64,000 bases of DNA, from positions 356,314,001-356,378,000 of the forward strand of contig OZ024740.1 in assembly GCA_964016885.1 (NCBI GenBank), in the 5' to 3' direction. A program made the translations under genes and the position numbers. The notes below the pieces were generated by a model. That model made no database searches. It was not told the DNA's origin and saw only the letters and a program-made list of their open reading frames with translations. This DNA comes from Eledone cirrhosa. Lineage: Eukaryota. How positions within the stretch are numbered: position 1 is the first letter of the stretch; the number at the start of each line of letters is the position of its first letter. Of the stretch, positions 1-14,108 are shown piece after piece.

Positions 1-1065
1 TATAGTTTCAGGCACTTCGAATGTATTTGTGACATATACATGTTTTGCGTTTCGTTTGGCTGTGCTTTATTTTGTTCTGTACTTTATAAGTCAGGCATAA
101 AACTGTGATAATAAAACTAAAATTCTTTGCTGTTCAGTGAGTGTTTAAAACGTTGCCTCAGTCAAAGATTGTAGACCAATTGCTTAGATAAAGTTCATTA
201 ATATGCAGATCAATAACTGTTTAAAGTATTAAACAATAAAGCATTAAAATCATCGTGTAAGCCATAGTAGGTTCGTTTATGGACAGGATAATGAATTCTG
301 CATTGCGTCCCTTTCCTAGTTATTTTCCTAGTTATTTTCCAAGTTATTTTCTGAGACGGTACATGAGACTAACATATTATCATGGGGAAGATTGATAACT
401 TACCCATTTAATTACCTAAAGGTCATATTGACCACTGAAATTATGCATCACTGTAATTAGTAAGGCATTTATACTTGCTTTTACTGTTAAATATGAAAAA
501 TGAAGATTAAATCGTCTAAATGGTAATCAAATGATCGCAAATATCTGCATTGTTAGAATACTGGTCAAACGAAACAAAACGTTGTTGAGTTGATTGTTCT
601 AATCCAGCTATTGATAGTACTCGGTCTCCATTGCAACACTCAGTCCATCTGATTGTTAGTAGATACTATAGATATTTATAGATAACAACTTGGCATTAGA
701 GAGTTTTATTAGTTGGCAGTGCCGACATCTTTTCCCATAGGAGAAATGTCAGTGATAAAAAACAAAGAATCAGTAATTGTATATCTGTCGTCTGGTAACT
801 TTTCTCAACAAATTTGAAACATAACTGCTTGGAACTGCTTGGACCTCAAATAAATAAATTGAGATCAACAATTTACGAGTTATACGACTCAGAGGAATAC
901 AACGGGGACCTATAGTTTTCATTATCTAGTTGGATACATAAGTAATAAAAATTAAAACAACTCGGATACTACACTATATTTTTCATTCATTCAGATACTA
1001 CTAAAATATATTACATTTCCGAAATAATGTGAAAAGATAGATTTACCAAACAAAAATCATTAGCT

Positions 1066-1109
<44 letters not shown>

Positions 1110-1110
1110 C

Positions 1111-1159
<49 letters not shown>

Positions 1160-1460
1160 ACATCAGTTATAATAGTGGCCTATAGCGGTACGTAATTTTG
1201 GTTAGGTTGTTTATACTAACTCATTCAGCTTGCCATAATAAAATATATATTCATTTAGATGTAGGCAGATGCAAGAATGGTTACTTAATATCGAAGTAGA
1301 GTTTGATAATATACTTTATTGTGGTTAAGTAATGCATCCTTTTACTCTGGAGTTTTACCTGTACACTCACAGATTAATCAGACAGGTGGAACTCAAGAGT
1401 AACAAGACTTATCGCTTAGCTATAATAAAGAATATTGTATTATAATAATAATAGCAATAA

Positions 1461-1720
1461 GGGTGATGGCTTGGCAGTATTGGCACTTTACATTCTGATT
1501 TTAAATCCTGCCTAGATTAGCATTGCCTTTTGTCCTTACGGGGTTGATATAATAAAGTACCGGTAACGCACAGGAGTTGATTTAATCGAAATTCCCCTAC
1601 TCTCAAGATTTCTGGCCTTGTGTCTATAGTAGAAATCAATATTTTTATTATTGTGGTGGTTCGGCAGAATCGTTAGAGCACCGGGCACAATGCTTTGTGG
1701 CATGTAGTTACAGCGTCTTA
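1461..1720 (+). mobile_element. tRNA-derived SINE, one degenerate copy plus a 5' fragment
   Basis: Similar to the 15440 copy (TTGCCTTTTGTCCTTACGGGGTTGAT...CTGGCCTTGTGTCTATAGTAGAAA). Confidence 0.7.
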
Positions 1721-4476
1721 GCTTTAATAAATTGATTGAATCAATTTATCTATGATTTCATTTGCTTCATTAATCTCTTTATTACGCAGTGTTAATGTAA
1801 AATCATATTAGATATTTGTTTGTGTTTCAATATAATCCAAACTCTAGTTCAAGATTCTGTCAACCAAAAGAAGATATTTAAAAGGGTGAAGGAAATGAAA
1901 AATACAATTACTTGACATTATAATATTATCAACAACATTCATTAACATGGACATAACTTGTCATCGAAATCAGTTTAGTGTCATATTCTGTAACCTCGTT
2001 TTCTATTCTTATGGAAATAACACGATTTCTTATTACAGCGTATTTAGTAAATTTGTTTTGATTGAATTGTTTTGACAGCTGGCATGATTAAACGAAAGAA
2101 TAATTATTCAGTAAATAGTGTCATATATTGAAAACGTTTTTACCATTTAGTAACATTAACATTAGGTTTAAAGTAGCATTGTCTTAAAAGATATCTCAAG
2201 TATATGGGTGAGTGCACTAGCATATTTTACGTATTACATTTTCACCGTCTTTTTTTCTTTAACGATGTACATTCAGATCTAATATATTGTATGCTGGTAT
2301 ATTCACACTAAGCAGGAGGTAGCGAATGAACAATAAGCGTTTAGTTTAGTTAAACTCTTCAAAGATACAACATCCATGTAATTAACGCAGTCAGTTTGAG
2401 TTTCTTTTCTTTCTTATGTTAGAATAAATTTACGAGACGATTTCAATAGAAATTTGCATTTTAACGTGGTAAAACGACGAATGCCTGTATTGATGATAGA
2501 AAAATAAAACAAAACCAAAACAAAATACTTCAATGCTGAAAAACATGTGTGTTTCTGATGATTACTTTTAGGTAAATACTAAAGAAATCATTTTCCATAT
2601 CAATACAATTGAAATATCTCATTGCCAAACAGTTTGGTCGACTGCATATTATAGAAATAATACGATAACGAATTTCGAAATTATTTCTTTTGCCATAACG
2701 ACGTAAGCGTCCTATATTATACTAATACATAACAAATGAGAATTGTGGACTGTCTTCAGAAATATAAACAAAGCATGGTTTAGTCTTTGAAATAAGGTTG
2801 TCCTTTTCTTTAATTGTTTAGTAAAAATAACTAAAGATCTATTTCATTGCTTTTGCATTTGTTCAACTTATAAACATTATGTTATCATTATCCCACTTCG
2901 GATAGCGGGATGTTAGTCTACTATCACCTATCTATATACTACTAAAACTCTGATCTTGCGTGTTTGCTTGCTTGTGTGTTATGTAATAAAGCTAAAAGAG
3001 CGCATAATGGGTAAATACTTTGAAAGCAAGTTGCCTCTGAAATGGGAATACAAATTGAATAAAACAAGTTTCGCGAAAATCTGACCCCGGGTTCTCGAGA
3101 TTCGTGGGTTTTGGGGGTTTCTTCGTAAATAGCCACAACGGTGCATACTGGGAAAATACCTCGAAATTAACATAACCCTGCAAAACTTCGTAAATAGCCA
3201 AAAACATTGCATAATGAGAAAATACTCTGAATAAAACAATAATTTGGCGTAAATCGCACATGGACAATATTTTCAATTTTCCAAAAATAGCAAGAAATTC
3301 ATCTAAACTCAATTTATCTTATTTTATAATGAATATCGAAAGAAATAATCCATTTGTCTTTTGGTTGTCCATTCTGTAGGTAAGAGAGACAGAGAGGGGG
3401 TGAAAGAGAGAAAAAGGGAGGGGTGAGAGAGAAAAACAGAGAGTGAGAGTGAGAGAGAGAAAGAGAGAGAGAGTGAGGGGATGAGAGAGAGAGAGGGGGG
3501 ATGACAGATAGGGAAAGAGACAGCGTCCTTAATTTTTTATTTATTTTAACTCTCCTCCCTATCCATAACGTTATTTCTTTCTCTTTCACAGTTATACTGC
3601 CACCGTGTGTATCTGTATGTGTATGTGTGCCAGTGCATGTGTTTACGTACTTAGAGACATGTGTGTGTGTATGTGTGTGTAACAGTACTTAAGTTAGAGA
3701 CATATACATATATATATATATATATATATATTTGTGTGTGTGCGTGTGTGTGTGTGTGGGGGGGGGATACCTTTGTAAATAGCCAAAACGGTGCATAATG
3801 GAAAAATAGCCCTGGATAACCCTGAAATGGGGATAAAACAGGTTTGACGTAAATCGACATAAAAATATTTCTCGAATGATGAAAATAGTTTAATAATTAT
3901 TAAAACAAAAATTTTTCAGTGATTTCTCAGTGAATATGATTTCAAAACTACAAGTTGTTTGTACTTCAAGTATCTATATTTGAGCTTTCTTTAAACAGAC
4001 GATATTTTAATTATCAGAAAAGCATTAAGTGAATATCACTGAAAAATACCAGTTGGTGTTAAACAGTAGGTGTTTATATTTTTGCTTTTGCTAAAAAGAA
4101 TATTTCAATTATTTAGAAATATTTTAAAGTGAATTTGATTTCACAAATAGCTTTATTTACATAGACAATATCTTCATTTTTTTCAAAATTATTTTCAAGT
4201 GAATACGATGGAAAAAATATTTCTTGGCATATTTAAAAAATATTTTAAAATGCAAATTATTTGTACACTGAGTATATATATTTCAGCTTTCTTTAAACAG
4301 AATATTTTAATTATTAATAAGTATTTTTTAAGTGAATATGTTTTGAAAAATACGAGTTGTTTAAACAGACAATATTTCATTATTTAGAAATATTTCTAAA
4401 TGATGATTTAAAAAAAATATTTGTTGAGGTAATAGGAATTTTTTCTAAGGTGAATACGATTTTCGATTCTTAAATA

Positions 4477-7400
4477 ATGCCTCAACGAGGAAGAAAGAAA
4501 ACATCTGGCTGGTCTATCGATAGTGGAAAAAAAGCACGGCTAAGGAGAGCCGTAGAAGTTGAGCAAGATAGTGGACAACGCCAACAAGATCGGGACAGGC
4601 ATGCGAATAGAAGGATCGATGAGACTGATAAAGCAAGGGCTGCGCGTCTGGCGGAACATAGGGAAAGAGACAGAAGCAGGAGAGATCATGAATCGGATGG
4701 TCGGAGAGCTGAACGTCAGGCGGAACAGAGGGAAAGAGAGAGAAGCAGGAGAGATCATGAATCGGATGGTCTGAGAGCTGAGCGTCTGGCAGAACAGAGG
4801 GAAAGAGACAGAAGCAGGAGACATCATGAATCGGATGGTCGGAGGACTGAGCGTCAGACGGAACAGAGGGAAAGAGACAGAAGAAGGAGAGATCATGAAT
4901 CGGACGCTCGGAGAACTGAACGTCTTTGCCAACAAACCATTAGGAAGAACCTCAGACAATACAACTGCCTGTTCCAAATGACATATTTTGGGGCCGAAGA
5001 AGTTCGTTCCTCAAGGAGTGGATGGAATCCTTCTATCGTTATTCATGGTCAAATTCACCATTACATCGGTTCCTTAACCCCTAATACCAACGAACAACCC
5101 CAATTTCTTCAAATTTACTTCTTGGATCCTCAGGATAGTGTTGATTTGAGCATCAGGATACTCCATGATGATGGCATTCAGCGCGACATAGTTGAATTAT
5201 TGGAAATAATACTCAGACAATATAACCCTTACGTTGCTTCATTTCGAATGGCAAAAGAACAATTAAAAATATTCACGAAGCTTCGATTATTATTGATCCT
5301 GATAGGAGACCAGCAATGGAACATGAGAGAAGATTCAAAGCACAAACTGCAAACGAAGTTGCCGTTATTATACAAAACAGCACCGAACTTCAAGCAACAT
5401 TGTGTTGAAAGAAAAAGGCGGACAATTGCAAATAATCTAGAGTCCCATCGGTCCTATGATATTTTGCAGTATGTTCTATTTTTTCCTTTTGGCGATGACG
5501 GATGGCATCATGAGCTGTTAATGAGCAACAACAAGAAGTTGACACCAATGCGCTACTATGCCTATCGAATAACGAACCATGAGAATGAATTCAACCAACT
5601 TCTCAGAGGCAGTCGTTTATTTCAGCAATATTTGGTTGACTTGGCTGCGAAGAATGAAGGAGATAGACTGCAATACATCCGAATGAATCAAACATCATTG
5701 CATATCTACAACATACAAGGGCCTTACTGACGCATTGAATGATGACGATTTTCGCAATATTGGCAGGCGAATCATACTCTCTTCGACATTTGTCGGTGGA
5801 CCGAGATATATGATGGAGCGATGCCAGGATGCCATGATATACATACGGAAGTACGGCAATCCTTCGTTCTTCATCCCAAAGACATGCAATCCAAACTGGC
5901 CTGAAATCCGGCAAAACATATTACTGAATCAGAAGCCACATGACAGGCCAGGTTTAATTGTCAGAGTATTTGACCTGAAGCGGAAACTGTTAAGAAAGTA
6001 TCTTACTGGAGTAGATGACCTATTTGGCAAGTGCATTGCTTACGTGCTGACAGTCGAATATCAAAAGTGAGGTCTTCCTCATGTGCACTGTTTGCTATGG
6101 CTCAATGAAGCCTCAAAGCCCAGACCGCAGGAATATGATAAATTTGTTCAAGCCGAAATACCAGATCCAAACAAAGATCGAGAGGGTCATGAATTGGTGC
6201 TGAAGCACATGATCCACGGTCCGAATAGCTCTAACAATTCGCAGTGTTGGAAAGATGGAACGTGCAGTAAGCGGTACCCTAAGCCTTTCAATGAATATTC
6301 ATTGTGTGGAGAGGACTCTTATCCTGTGTACAGAAGACGGTCTCTAGGAATGGGAGGATTTGTGGGGCACCAAGAAGGAGGAGGAAGCCAAAATATAACT
6401 TCAGAATGGGTGGTTCCCTACAATATGAAACTATTAAAACTGTTCAACTGCCACCTAAACGTAGAGATGTGCTCTTCCGTGAAATCGATCAAATACGTTA
6501 TCAAATATACCAGTGAAGGGCAGTGATCAGGCAATGTTTGGAGTGAACAGGGAAGATGAGATAATACAGTATTTAACAGGAAGATATATCGGTCCTTCAG
6601 AAGCTGTTGCCTTGATACTTGGATTTCCAATTCATGAGAGAGAACCGGCCGTAGTTCGCCTTCAAGTTCATCTACCTGAGGAAAATCAAATCTTCTTACG
6701 GGTCAATGCTGCTGTTAAAGTAAACAATAACATGGCTAAGACGACTCTGACTGAGTTCATGGATCTTTGCGATCGCGATCCGTTTGCAAAACATTGTATT
6801 ATGTTGATGTGCCAAAGTTTTACACTTGGAGTAATAAGAGATGGGAAAGGAGAAAGGTGGGGAAAACAGTTAATCAGTATCTAGGGATTTTTGAGGCGAA
6901 CTATTTGGGACGAGCATACACTGTTTCTCCACGAAGTGGTGACCTGTATTATTTAAGACTCCTTCTGCATCACATCAAAGGGCCAGTATCCTTCAACTCT
7001 TTGAAAATGTGTGATGGAGAACTCCTGCCATTCAAAGACGTCTGCAGAGAGTAAGGTTTGCTTCAATCGGATGATCATTGGCAGCAGACTCTGGAAGATG
7101 CTGAGGGAACAAGGCCTCCCAAAGCCATGCGAGATCTATTCATCGTGCTCCTCACAAATACGGAAATTGACAATTTCAGTGCTTTATGGGTTCGATTTAA
7201 GCATTCGCTGTCTGAGGATTACAATCAAATAGAAAAAAAGGGCTACCAGAAGCCTCTATTGAATAGTGAACAAAAACACGTGTATGACTTCGTTTGTAAC
7301 AGTTTAGAGATGAACACATCTGCATCGATTTTCATTGACGCTCCAGGTGGAACAGGAAAGACATTTTTTATTAACTTAATTCCTTCAAAAGTCAGGGGAA

Positions 7401-8610
7401 ACGGTGACGTGGCTATTGCTGTTGTGTTATCTGGCATTGCCGCAACACTGATGCCTGGTGGAAGAACAGCGCATTCTAGGTTCAAAATAGCGATAGTAGT
7501 GAAAGAAAATGGTCTGTGCAACATTGATAAAAACTCAAAGACGGCAAACCTCTTCCAGCATACAAGGCTGATTGTTTGGGATGAGTGTCCTATGATTCGG
7601 AGGGAAAGCTTCGAAGCTGTTGACCTCACTCTGCGTGACATATGCGACAACAATGAGGTATTCGGTGGAATTTTGACAATTTGCTGTGGCCATTTCCGTC
7701 AGCTTCTTCCGGTAGTGAAAAGGAGAAATGAAGCGGACGTGGAAAACGCCTGCATTAAAAAATCCTACTTATGACGAAGCTTCAAAAGATTTCAGTTGAA
7801 GACAAACATGCGATTGGGTGGAGGAGCAGGAGACTATTAACAGTTCCTATTCGATATTGGAGAAGAGAAGATAAGATAAAAAAAACTGAAAATGAGGAAA
7901 TTATTTTGCCAAAAGAAATGGTTCTCCAAGCAACAACTATGGAAGAATGTATTGATTTCATCTACCCCTCATTCGACAATCCAGCTGAAGTGTTTTCGAA
8001 CAATTGCATCTTAGTACCTCTCAATGAAATGATGAGAAACATCAATTCCACCTGTATCAGACGCTTCCCTGGAACCATAAAAGAGTACCTATCCTATAAT
8101 TCTGTGAGTGATGGTGCCAATGCCACTCATTTCCCGACTGAATTCCTTGATTCGGTTGAACTATCATGACTGCCACCACATAACATGGAATTGAAAAAAG
8201 GATCGCCAATAATTCTTATGAGAAACTTGAATCCCCCAAGGCTTTGTAATGGAACGCGCATGATCGTGGAAGAACTGCATGACAATCTCATAGTAGCAAG
8301 AATCAACACTGCTGCTTTCAGAAATGAAATCGTTATGATACCTAGAATAAGAATTAATCTATCCGAAGGTGAGGATATCCATTTGCAGCGAAGCCAATTC
8401 CCAGTTCAATCGTGCTTCGCTATGACTATTCATAAAGCACAAGGACAAAATATGGAAAACGTCTTGGTTTATCTGGAACGACCTGTATTCTAACACGGTC
8501 AACTGTATGTAGCCCTTAGCCGCGGAAAACGAAAAGAAAATATCAGTGTTTCTGAAGGATACCCAGTCAACTAAGAATGTTGTCATCAAAAGCATTCTTT
8601 TGAACAAACT
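4477..8610 (+). pseudogene. Helitron RepHel (HUH Rep + Pif1-family helicase), frameshifted with stops
   Basis: Consecutive ORF fragments carry Rep motifs TCNPNWPEI, EYQK*GLPHVH, KSIKYVIKY and Pif1 motifs DAPGGTGKT, WDECPM, GHFRQLLPV, NGTRMIV, QFPVQSCFAMTIHKAQGQ. Confidence 0.93.
4640..4925 (+). repeat. 60-bp coding tandem repeat (~5 copies), Arg/Glu-rich N-terminus of RepHel
   Basis: AGAGATCATGAATCGGA recurs at 4681, 4749, 4819 (variant) and 4889; peptide RRDHESDGRRAERxAEQRERD is repeated. Confidence 0.8.
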
Positions 8611-9045
8611 GTAATAGCGTAAATATGAGAAAATGTTGATTCCGACGTCAGAAAATGAAAGGAAAAGGAAAAACTAAGACAAGTAAGAATAATTTCTTTC
8701 AAATTTTTGTAAATAAAACCAGCTTTTCATTAACATTCCAACTTTTTAAGCAGAAAAATCTTTCAGAACAAATAGTCAAGTATCCAGAGATACAGAAAAA
8801 AGAATTTTGAAGTGGAGTGATTGGATAGCTATTAGTGAAAAATGATTTGATATTTTGTTTGTGAAAATATTTGTGAATAATACAGTGAAAAGACAAGTTT
8901 CGCGTAAATCGGACCACGGGTTCCCGAGATACGCGGGTTTTTTCGGGTACCTTTATAAATAAACAAATCAGCGCTTAATGGGAAAATTCTTTCTTTGAAA
9001 GTAAAGTACCATTGAAATGTGAATACAAACGCAGATAGTGGTTGT

Positions 9046-9080
<35 letters not shown>

Positions 9081-9269
9081 CTGGTGGTGTTGTTGAATGA
9101 AATTATGACAGGTGACTTCAAAGAATCTAATACACCATTACTGTATCTAGCTTGAATTTGGTGACTGAATATTAAGTTATATGTATCTTATAACTTGTGT
9201 TAGGACAGGATGTATGTGTGTGTGTGTCTGTAACCAGTGTATATAGGACACAGACACCCACACACACAA

Positions 9270-9337
<68 letters not shown>

Positions 9338-9800
9338 GTACATATACACACACACACACACATACACGGATATATATATTGGCTTTGCAATGTCATTTTA
9401 CATTATATACATTTTGTGTATATTTTAATTATTTAAAAATTATTTTTAAGTGAACATGACCCAACGGGTCACGGGTGGTCTGGTATATTACTAAAACTCT
9501 GCGATTGCTTGCTTACTTGCTTGCTTGTCTGTAATGTAATACAGCCAAAAGGGCGCATAATGGGAAAATACTTTGAAAGGAAGTTGACCCTGAAATAGGA
9601 ATACAAATGGAATAAAACAAGTTTCGCGTAAATCGGCCCCCAGGTTCCCAAATATGGGGTTTTTCCAGGTACCTTCATAAACAGAGAGAGAAAGAGAGAG
9701 AAGGATGGAGAGAAAAAGATAATGGTTATGAGAGAGTAGATTGAAAGAGAGGGAGAGGAGACAGAGAAAGAGAATGGAAGAGAGAGAGAGAGCTGGGTGT

Positions 9801-9840
<40 letters not shown>

Positions 9841-9847
<7 letters not shown>

Positions 9848-10166
9848 ATAAAAGGAAAAGAAAATGCTGACAAATTGTTCCCAGTGAAAAATAGTTTAAT
9901 TAGGAATAAGTAAAAATGAGTAATAACTATTGGTTAGTATTCAGTTTTGGTTATAAGCTTTTACCGGTTGTGCATTTCTAATGCTTTTCAAAAATAATTT
10001 TGAGATAGAACATCCGTGATGTTTTCTAGAAGAGCAATACTTATTACTAATACTTATTACTAATTTTTACTTATTCCTAATTAAACTATTTTTCACTGGG
10101 AACAATTTGTCAGCATTTTCTTTTCCTTTTACCAATATATCACAACTCGTGTGTTACACCTCTATT

Positions 10167-10168
<2 letters not shown>
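9841..10168. repeat. Foldback element in (TA)n: inverted arms ~9841-9920 and ~10055-10140 plus ~28-nt tail
   Basis: AAAAGGAAAAGAAAATGCTGACAAATTGTTCCCAGTG is mirrored by CACTGGGAACAATTTGTCAGCATTTTCTTTTCCTTTT; (TA)n on both sides. Confidence 0.85.
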
Positions 10169-10240
<72 letters not shown>

Positions 10241-10241
<1 letters not shown>

Positions 10242-10315
10242 CGAAGGAGCTGTGGTAAGGAACCAGATGGACCATAACGCACCAGAGTACTCAATACTTA
10301 GGGTAGTAGAGTGGG
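10241..10315 (-). mobile_element. Family B element, 3'-end fragment
   Basis: Near-identical to 59636-59711 and to the reverse complement of 29768-29843; abuts (TA)n. Confidence 0.85.
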
Positions 10316-10342
10316 TTAGGGTTAGGGTTAGGGTTAGGGTTA
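10313..10342 (+). repeat. Interstitial telomeric repeat GGG(TTAGGG)4TTA
   Basis: Read directly; four perfect TTAGGG units. Confidence 0.95.
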
Positions 10343-10751
10343 AAAATTATTTTGAAATGAACATGATTTAAAAAAAATATTTTGAAGTGAACGAGACCCA
10401 AAGAGTCACGTGTGGTCTAGTAGGAGTTGAAATTTCAGCATTATATTTCAACGAAATCCCCACATGGTCCCTTTACATACGAGAACAAACAGCGAAATGT
10501 TTCTGAAATAAAACAGAAACCTTCACTGAAAATATGCGATGAGCAATCAAAATGATGAGCTAGTCACGGTTGGTATGTCTCTGATTATAGATCTGGTCAC
10601 TTGTGGGTGACCTGGCGCTAAATATCAACAACAACGATAATGTGTTTATTAGAAGGTAAAATATTTTCAACTGCACACAAATCCGAATTTAAGTAGGTGT
10701 AGGCATGGCTGGGTTTGTGAGGAAATTCGATCCCACTGTATCTCTCTCTCT

Positions 10752-10787
<36 letters not shown>

Positions 10788-10929
10788 ATACTTTGGGAGG
10801 GTCATGTTGCCAATAAGAAACACACGCACCAGTTGCTTTCACTTCAATTTATTATATATTTATAAATTTATAAATTTATAAATTTCTGGTTGGTTGGTTG
10901 GTTCCGCAACCAGATAGTTGTTTATATAT

Positions 10930-10974
10930 AGTCATAGTTCTTTCGTCACACACTCTGTGACCTCTTCAGTGACT
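10930..10974 (-). ncRNA. Minimal type-I hammerhead ribozyme of the PLE
   Basis: Minus strand reads agtca-CTGAAGA-g-gtcaca(gagtg)tgtgac-GAAA-gaac-TA-tgact; stems I and II pair perfectly. Confidence 0.85.
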
Positions 10975-11172
10975 GGGGATTCCTTTCTTTGTTTCTGTGC
11001 CTCTCCTTTGTTCTGTCCTACGCCATTTTGTTTCTGTGTGTGTTGTGTGCTCAGTCTGCGCATGCACCACATCCGGGTGTCTGTGTGTGTTTATGTTCAT
11101 TTATTTATTTGTTTATTTACATGTTACTGGTTGGTTGTTTGTTCTATGTGTGTGTGTGTTTTCATTTTGTCC

Positions 11173-13858
11173 TTAATTGTAAGTTGTGATGTTGCTGTTC
11201 CACTCATATTTTCTATTTAATTTTGGTTGTAATTCTTTTATGTTTATTGCCTCTGTAATTTGTCTAAACATTGCGTCTTTTCTGTGTGTAGAATCTATTT
11301 TTATTTCTATGTTCTCTAATTTACCCTTGTGTTCTATCTTAGCATGTTGGTAGAGTACAGATGATTCTTTATTATCTTGAAGGTCTCGCCAGTGTTCATT
11401 TATCCGTTCCCCTACACTACGAGCTGTCTCACCTATGTACACTATATTTTTGTCTCTACATTGTCCTTCAGTACATCTTATGCTATACACTACATTTCTA
11501 GTTTTACAGTTAATATGGGGGCTTATTTTACAGGTTATACATTTCTTATCTATACATGAGGGTCTTTGAAAAGGGTATGTCTTGCTAATAAGTGTTTTTA
11601 CGGAGGTACCTGGTCTTTCTACTATCTTAATATTGAGTTTATGTTTATTTAGGGCCCTTCTAAATTTGTAAGCTAATTCACCTCTAGGGGTTGTATTGAT
11701 GAACATTACACTCTGGTATTTATTGCTATCATACCATGAGTTTATTCTATTAGCCTTGTTCCTAGTTCTTTCTATTCTATTCCAAAATTTGCTCCTATAC
11801 AAGGGGCAGGTCCCGTTTATGTCATTATTTACCATTTTTTCCCATTTGGTTCTGGCTCCTCTATACACTCTGATTTTATCTCTCTGATTGTAGCCAGAGA
11901 ACTGCATACGGTGGATGAAGTGTTGTATGTGTCTCTCTAGTTCTTCGAGGTTGCACATTTCTCATCACCCGTACCAAATCCGCAATCAGTATGTTGATTT
12001 TGGTATGGTCCGAAATGGCCGAGTTTCGGTGGATCAGATGTTTGGAAGTCATGGGTTTGGCATAATGGGAATGGAGGATTTGTTTTTGGTTGTTAATGGT
12101 ATCTAACCAGAGCTCTGTGTCTAGTACAGGTAATCGATGGTTGGGGTGTTTACTTGGGTAGTCTATAGTAACTCTAATGCTCTGGTGGATGGAGTTTGCT
12201 ATTTGCTGGATGCTTTCCATTGTGTTTTTCTCTAGTTCCTGACTGTTCTCTAGTGGGGGTGTCTTAACTACGATGTTTATATCATCTACGTAGCGGGAGT
12301 ACATTATCAGGGTTAAGGGGTCTTCTAATTGTTTTTAAGTTTAAGTTTAAGTCTACTGTCCCACCATACCATGAATAAGTTAGCTATGTCGCCTGCAATG
12401 CTAACACCAATGGCTGCGCCTTCCTCTTGGGCATATGTTTTTCCATTAAATTTGAACATATGTTCCTTAAGCTGTTAGTTTTATGCTGGCCCCTACCGCA
12501 TGTTCAATCATTTTCTTCAGTTCATCGTGGTTTTCGGGTGTCCGTATGGCTCTGGTCCACCCGTTCCATCTATCTGTGTGGGTTTTCTTGGCCATTGAGG
12601 TAATGGTAGGTGGTCTGCCTCTTGCTGGTCTTGTAGGGCACAGGTTGCTAAGGTCATATGTGTCTAGGTAACTATTACTATAGGTAAGCTTAAGTAGGAG
12701 TCCCAGCTCACTGGTATCAATCCCACGGAACTCAACCATGCTCTCACTGATCATTTCTACGCATTTCTCCACAGCAAAATCCACGTCAATAGATGTATAC
12801 AGGGACACAACATCCATACTGCCTATTATGCAGTTTGTTAGGTCCCCAGATCGGTTACTCACGCCGATTCTGCTGAGGAGGTCCTCCGTGCTGTCACATA
12901 CATCTGGGGACATTTCAATGATGGGGCGTATTATCAGGGAGAGGAAGTAGGACAGTCTGTAGTTACTAGCAATGTTAGCCCCACAGACTGGCCGTGTTGG
13001 TGGTCCCGCGACAGGGTCACAGCCCGTTTTATGGTCTTTTCGAAGCCCATACAACGCCGGCACGTCATTGTTCCAGGCCTGGAAGTTGTTGGCAGTCATT
13101 TTGTTGGGCTGCATTATATTCGTCCACATCACCATATGGGCATTGAGGGCTTTTTCTCTATCCTCATGCTCCTGTGGTGTTACCTCTCTTGTGTTAGTGA
13201 TGTGGGGTTGCATTGCCTGGATGTAGTTTGGCAGGCTGTCAACCGACATTCTGCCAGACTTGTCTGTTGGAAAGCATGCTATCTCTCCATTACGTGAGCG
13301 CTGCATGAGCTTACGAAAGCCATTTGCAGATTTTTCTCCCAGTTGCTGGGCCTCCATTCTATTATGCTTCTTGCTATACTGTTCTATAATATTTCTAAGT
13401 TCGGATCTAGCTATACTAAATTGTGCTTCTGTTTGTTCATCGACCTGCGACGGCAATTGCGTGCGTTTGTTAAATGGTAAAGTCGTGGCGTGGACTCGTC
13501 GCAGGTCGAATGATTTATCGGAGGGATTATAAAACGTAGAGTTACAGGCTGCTGCTTTATGTGTACTAGTGCTATTGTTATTGTTAGTTGTGTTGTTTCT
13601 ATTTCTATTTCCACCAACAGCCTCATGGTTGTTTCTATGTCTCTCATAATTACTCCTGTCTCTTTCCACTGGCTCATTGTTGTTATCTACCCTATTTTGT
13701 GTGTCTGTGTGTTCGTCTTGGTTATTCTCTTTGTCCTTAGTCTCCCTTCTCCTTTTAATCCTATTACTTTCCCTTATTTCTGTGATTTCTGTGCTACTGT
13801 CATTACTTGTTTTCTGTGTCTGTGTGTTTGTTAAGATTGTGGTGGTGGTGAGAGGCAT
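11173..13858 (-). pseudogene. PLE reverse transcriptase + GIY-YIG endonuclease, two or more frameshifts
   Basis: PTDKSG, LYGLRKDHK, RPVCG, SMDVVSLY, YSRYVDD, LPVLDT, then CxxxxCxxC linker and NVVYSIRC...YIGETARSVGERINEH...EAINIKELQPKLN. Confidence 0.92.
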
Positions 13859-13933
13859 TGAATGTGTGTGTGTTGTTGTTGTTGATGTGTGCTGTTGTTG
13901 ATGTGTGTTGTTGATATATATATATATATATAT

Positions 13934-14076
13934 AACAAGGACATAAGGAAATATGGTAAGGAACCAGGTGGACCATAACGCACCAAAGTACTCAATACTT
14001 AGGGTAATTATTTTTTTTTAGGCCAGAATTAGCCGTCGAAACGGCTTGAGCTCAGCCGGCCGGGTCCTACTCGTTC

Positions 14077-14078
<2 letters not shown>
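13934..14078. mobile_element. Family B element: two inverted, non-overlapping segments in (TA)n
   Basis: 3'-end segment on the minus strand (13934-14006) joined through a T-run to the plus-strand segment CCAGAATTAGCCGTCGAAACGG...CGTTCCTA. Confidence 0.8.

Positions 14079-14108
<30 letters not shown>

Larger units (their letters stand above)
2931..9483 (+). mobile_element. Helitron, autonomous-type, decayed
   Basis: 5' A|TCTATATACTACTAAAAC at 2931; 3' hairpin TGACCC-AAC-GGGTCA followed by CTGG|T (CTRR) at 9480-9483; internal Rep/helicase coding remnants. Confidence 0.9.
9484..10420 (+). mobile_element. Non-autonomous Helitron in head-to-tail tandem with the large copy, carrying nested insertions
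   Basis: Starts TATATTACTAAAACTCTG (matches the 2931 5' end); ends GAGACCCAAAGAGTCAC...CTAG|T at 10417-10421. Confidence 0.85.
10783..13913 (-). mobile_element. Penelope-like retroelement inserted in (TA)n
   Basis: RT + C-terminal GIY-YIG, HHR in the 3' region, (TA)n at both borders. Confidence 0.9.
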
